Assembly (NCBI GenBank): GCA_963663805.2
Contig: CAXXMR010000020.1
Location: 1-64,000, forward strand
Direction of reading: 5' to 3'
Source of the DNA: Sedimentisphaerales bacterium
GTDB taxonomy: Bacteria > Planctomycetota > Phycisphaerae > Sedimentisphaerales > SM23-30
Length of the DNA stretch: 64,000 bases
The notes under the pieces are model-generated. The model was not told where the DNA came from and did no database searches. It was given only the letters and a program-made list of their open reading frames with translations. The translations under genes and the position numbers were made by a program. Positions 60,674 through 64,000 of the stretch are shown in pieces; within the stretch, counting starts at the first letter, position 1, and every line of letters starts with the position of its first letter.

Positions 60674-61660
60674 GAAATTCTCCATCATGAACAGACAAGC
60701 CAAATATTGACATAAGCACTTTCAACCGGGTGCTCCCAACTTAGGAGCGTCGCCTTCTAAAAAATAAAACCGGCTTCAGTGGTCACATCAAAAGTAACAT
60801 CTTCCAGCGATTCAGGCTCGCCTCAATTTTTTCGCCTCAAACCCTTGGTCCCTTTTACGGGGGCTCCAGGTCAATTGTGCCTGAATCACTAACACACTGA
60901 AATCAAACTACTTGGTTGGCAGCTCCTTTCTCACCTCTAACAAATCGGTTACTGTTTCTCCATTTCACGGTATCAGCTTGTGTGTGAGAGTCGATACCGT
61001 CGACCTTCGGGTCTGCAAATGCGTGTGTGTACGTAACAACCCGAGACTATTCTTTACTATCTCATATTAAGTTTTTATCGGCGCCAAGTCAAGGAAAAAC
61101 GCTATTTTTCCAGACCTTAGCGTCATTTTTTTGCAGAGATAACAATTATGGGTCTTTAGCAGAGTGGTCTCTCTCTCACCTTGCTCAGACATCTTTCGAT
61201 GTTCTCTCTGCAATTACTAAGACGCAAACCACGGGCCAGAATCCCAGAGTTTTTTCATTTTTTTCGACAATGATATAAGACCTTTCTGTTTAAGTAGTTA
61301 TATAGGTTAGTAACCTGTTGGCGGTGGGCCCAAATCTGGCCAGCCGCGATGAGGGTGTGCAAAAAAACAACGTGATTTTGACTGATATGTAGCTAACTTA
61401 TTTGCTGATAACATGTTAGATTTTTTTGTAATACGACGTTGTTTTTACGCAACAGATGTTGATTAAAATAGGCAAGAGGCATGAGTGGTACGGCCAGGTG
61501 TCTGCCTTCGGCAAGGTTTGTTTTTGTTTTGACATCAAGGCGGTTTTTTTTGATTTAACGGCAAAGTGGGGAGAAAAAACGAAGGTTCAACCGATAAGAA
61601 GCAGGATAGATGTATAATGTACAGATAGTGTATGCCAGTTATCGGATGGACAGGGTTTAG

Positions 61661-64000
61661 ATGGGCAGTCCTGCGGAAAATATAGCTTCGGTACAGTGTG
61701 AACCGGGTAGCAACTGTAATCTGCTGCAATATTCGATTCTACGTATAGCTGTGCGGGTCAATCACCGCCAGCCGGGCGCGACCGGCTCCTGCCGCGTGGT
61801 GATTCGGACCAATCTGAATCAGGCCCACCGGATAAGGCGGCAGATAATCGACCTGGTCGAACGCGGTCAAAGCTATTCCACCGATTACTACGATATCCCC
61901 GCAACTTACGACCCTCAAACCGACGCCTGGACCATCGAAATCCTCCTTAGCGAAGTAGGTTATTTTGAGTTTAAAGCGCGGGTAGAGTCGGCTGAGCCTA
62001 CCAAACCGTGGGTACGCTGGTCGGACGGGCCCAATACGGGGATTACGGTTACTCCGCTGGATTATGCCCGGAATAATTCGATATATTGTGCGTTTATTCG
62101 TCAGTATACGGATAAAAAGCATTTACCGGACCTCAAAGACGAGGTTTTGGAAGAGTCAATCAAGGAACTGGAGGACCAGGGGGCTTATGTGATACCGCCG
62201 GGCGGGAATTTTCTGAATTTCATGTCTGAACTGCCGTTTATCATTCAGGATATGGGGATGAAGATAATCCACCTGCTGCCGATAAATCCGGTGCCGGTGG
62301 CTTATGGGCGGATGGGTATGTACGGCAGTCCCTACGCGACGACGGATTATTTTGGGATCGATCATACCTACGCCAAGTTCAGCCGTTATAAGACGATTGA
62401 GGACCAGTTTATCGATTTGACCTCGACGATTCACGGGCTGGGCGCGAAGGTTTTTCTGGATATGGTGATAAATCATTCCGGCTGGGCCAGCACGGTGCAT
62501 TTTACGCATCGCCACTGGCGCAAGGTGGGCAAGGACAAGAAGATTGTTTCGCCCGGTGCCTGGGGGGTGGTCTGGGGCGACCTGGTTGAGCTGGATTATC
62601 GGCATAAGGATTTGTGGCAGTATATGGCGGGGATGTTCCTGGCGTGGTGCCAGCGGGGAATTGATGGTTTTCGGCTGGACGCCGGCTATATGGTGCCGCT
62701 GGAGGTCTGGCGGTATATTATCGCGAAGGTTCGAGAGGAGTTTCCCAATACGCTGTTTCTGCTGGAGGGTTTGGGTGGTCCGTGGGCAACAACGGAACTG
62801 CTGCTGACCGAAGGTCAGATGAACTGGGCGTATTCGGAATTGTTCCAGAATTACAGCCGGGGTCAGATAGTTGATTATCTGGGTTATGCCCAGCGGGTTT
62901 CGGCGCAGAAAGGTGTTCTGATACACTATGCTGAGACGCATGACAATGACCGGCTGGCGAAAAAAGGCAAGGCTTATGCCCGGATGCGGGTTTATCTTTG
63001 TGCGTTGACATCGTTCAGCGGGGCCTGGGGTTTCACTAACGGGGTGGAATGGCTGGCGACCGAGAAGATTGATGTGCATCGCAATATGGGATTGAACTGG
63101 GGCAGTGAGGATAATCTGGTAAGCGATATTGCTCGGCTGAACCATATTCTGTCGGAGAATCCGGCGTTCTGGTACGCTGATAATATGCGGGTTATCGATG
63201 CCCATCACGGTGATATTCTGGCTTTTGTGCGTTCGGATGAGAATGACAGCAATGTGGTATTGTGCCTGATAAATCTGAATGTTGAGCAGGAGAGTTATTT
63301 CCGAGTTGATTTCAAGTCGGTTCTGCCGGAGAAGTCGCGTGGGCCCGAAGCTATATTGCGGGACATGGTATCGGATACGTTTCGGGAGATGCCCGCAGGT
63401 GAGGTGCTGGAAGGTGTTCTTTCGCCGGGCGATTGTCTGGTATATCGTATGCAGAAAACCGCTCAGCCCTATTCGCCGCGGATACCGTCTCTGTTTGGGC
63501 TGGACTATGACCAGATTTCACTGATATACCGGATTCTGCTGGAGCGGTTCAAGCCCTATGAGGTGGGCCAGATTGACCAGGAGAAACTGCTGACGCAGGT
63601 GCGGGATTATCGCAAGTTTATCGCACTGGTGAATACGGTGCGGCTGAACCGTTTGATAAAAGGGGACATCGCTGAGGCGATGGCGGAGATTAACCCGGAG
63701 ACGATCGATTTGTATTGTGCGATCTGGACTTTCCGGGAGAGTTCGCGTGAGTTTTATTATTTCGGGTGACAAGTGGCTGATGGTGCATACTTTTGTACCG
63801 TGTACGGCTTATCTGCGGACCTCGGAACGATAGTCTGACGATGGAGTCGATACCGGTGCCCGGACGGGCTGGGGCATCTGACGTTTTTTTTCCGCCCTGT
63901 CCGGCGAATGAAACGGCGTTTCTGACGTTCAACTGGAAGATACAGCATGGTTCGATGATTCAGCGTCAGTGGCAAGGGCCAGGAATATCCGATTTTGTAT
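61661..64000 (+). CDS. Alpha-amylase (GH13) family protein, probably a glycogen debranching-type enzyme; continues past the window through frameshifts
   Basis: HLLPINP, GSPYA, LDMVINHSG, DGFRLDAGY, LLEGLGG, ETHDN. After the stop at 63769, coding-like sequence continues in shifted frames (FIISGDKWLMVHTF...). Confidence 0.85.

Noticed and set aside
61221..61240. c-di-GMP-I riboswitch suggested by GACGCAAACCACGGGCC
   Set aside because: The upstream GCAAA/GNRA P2 hairpin and the downstream P3 pairing were not found.

Overview
Bacterial chromosomal window, most likely from a Planctomycetota (Phycisphaerae/Sedimentisphaerales-like) genome. The taxonomy is inferred from PEP-CTERM proteins, short C-terminal dockerin-like tails and gene content, and was not checked against a database. 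Core genes: cheW, trmB, folC, aroB/dprA, rpsB-tsf-pyrH-frr, der, tyrS, a full F0F1 atp operon, trpE(G)-methyltransferase-trpD-trpF-nadD, efp and an amylase-family glycogen enzyme. An accessory block after atpC (about 36.1-44.9 kb) holds a phased 21-bp palindrome array, two independent IS66-family elements (each with terminal inverted repeats and an 8-bp target duplication) and an AT-rich, overlapping two-gene module that looks like an uncharacterised defence system. Other highlights: (1) a four-gene surface cluster at 57.0-60.7 kb combining a dockerin protein with paralogous cohesin-like domains, one carrying a PEP-CTERM anchor; (2) a leaderless, Trp-rich leader peptide plus terminator ahead of trpE(G); (3) an orphan structured RNA candidate with GGAGG hairpin loops; (4) a MITE-like nested inverted repeat abutting der; (5) a modular intergenic repeat family. 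Several single-base frameshifts in short homopolymers suggest residual long-read assembly errors, so split and fused ORFs need caution. No tRNA, rRNA or CRISPR array was recognised.
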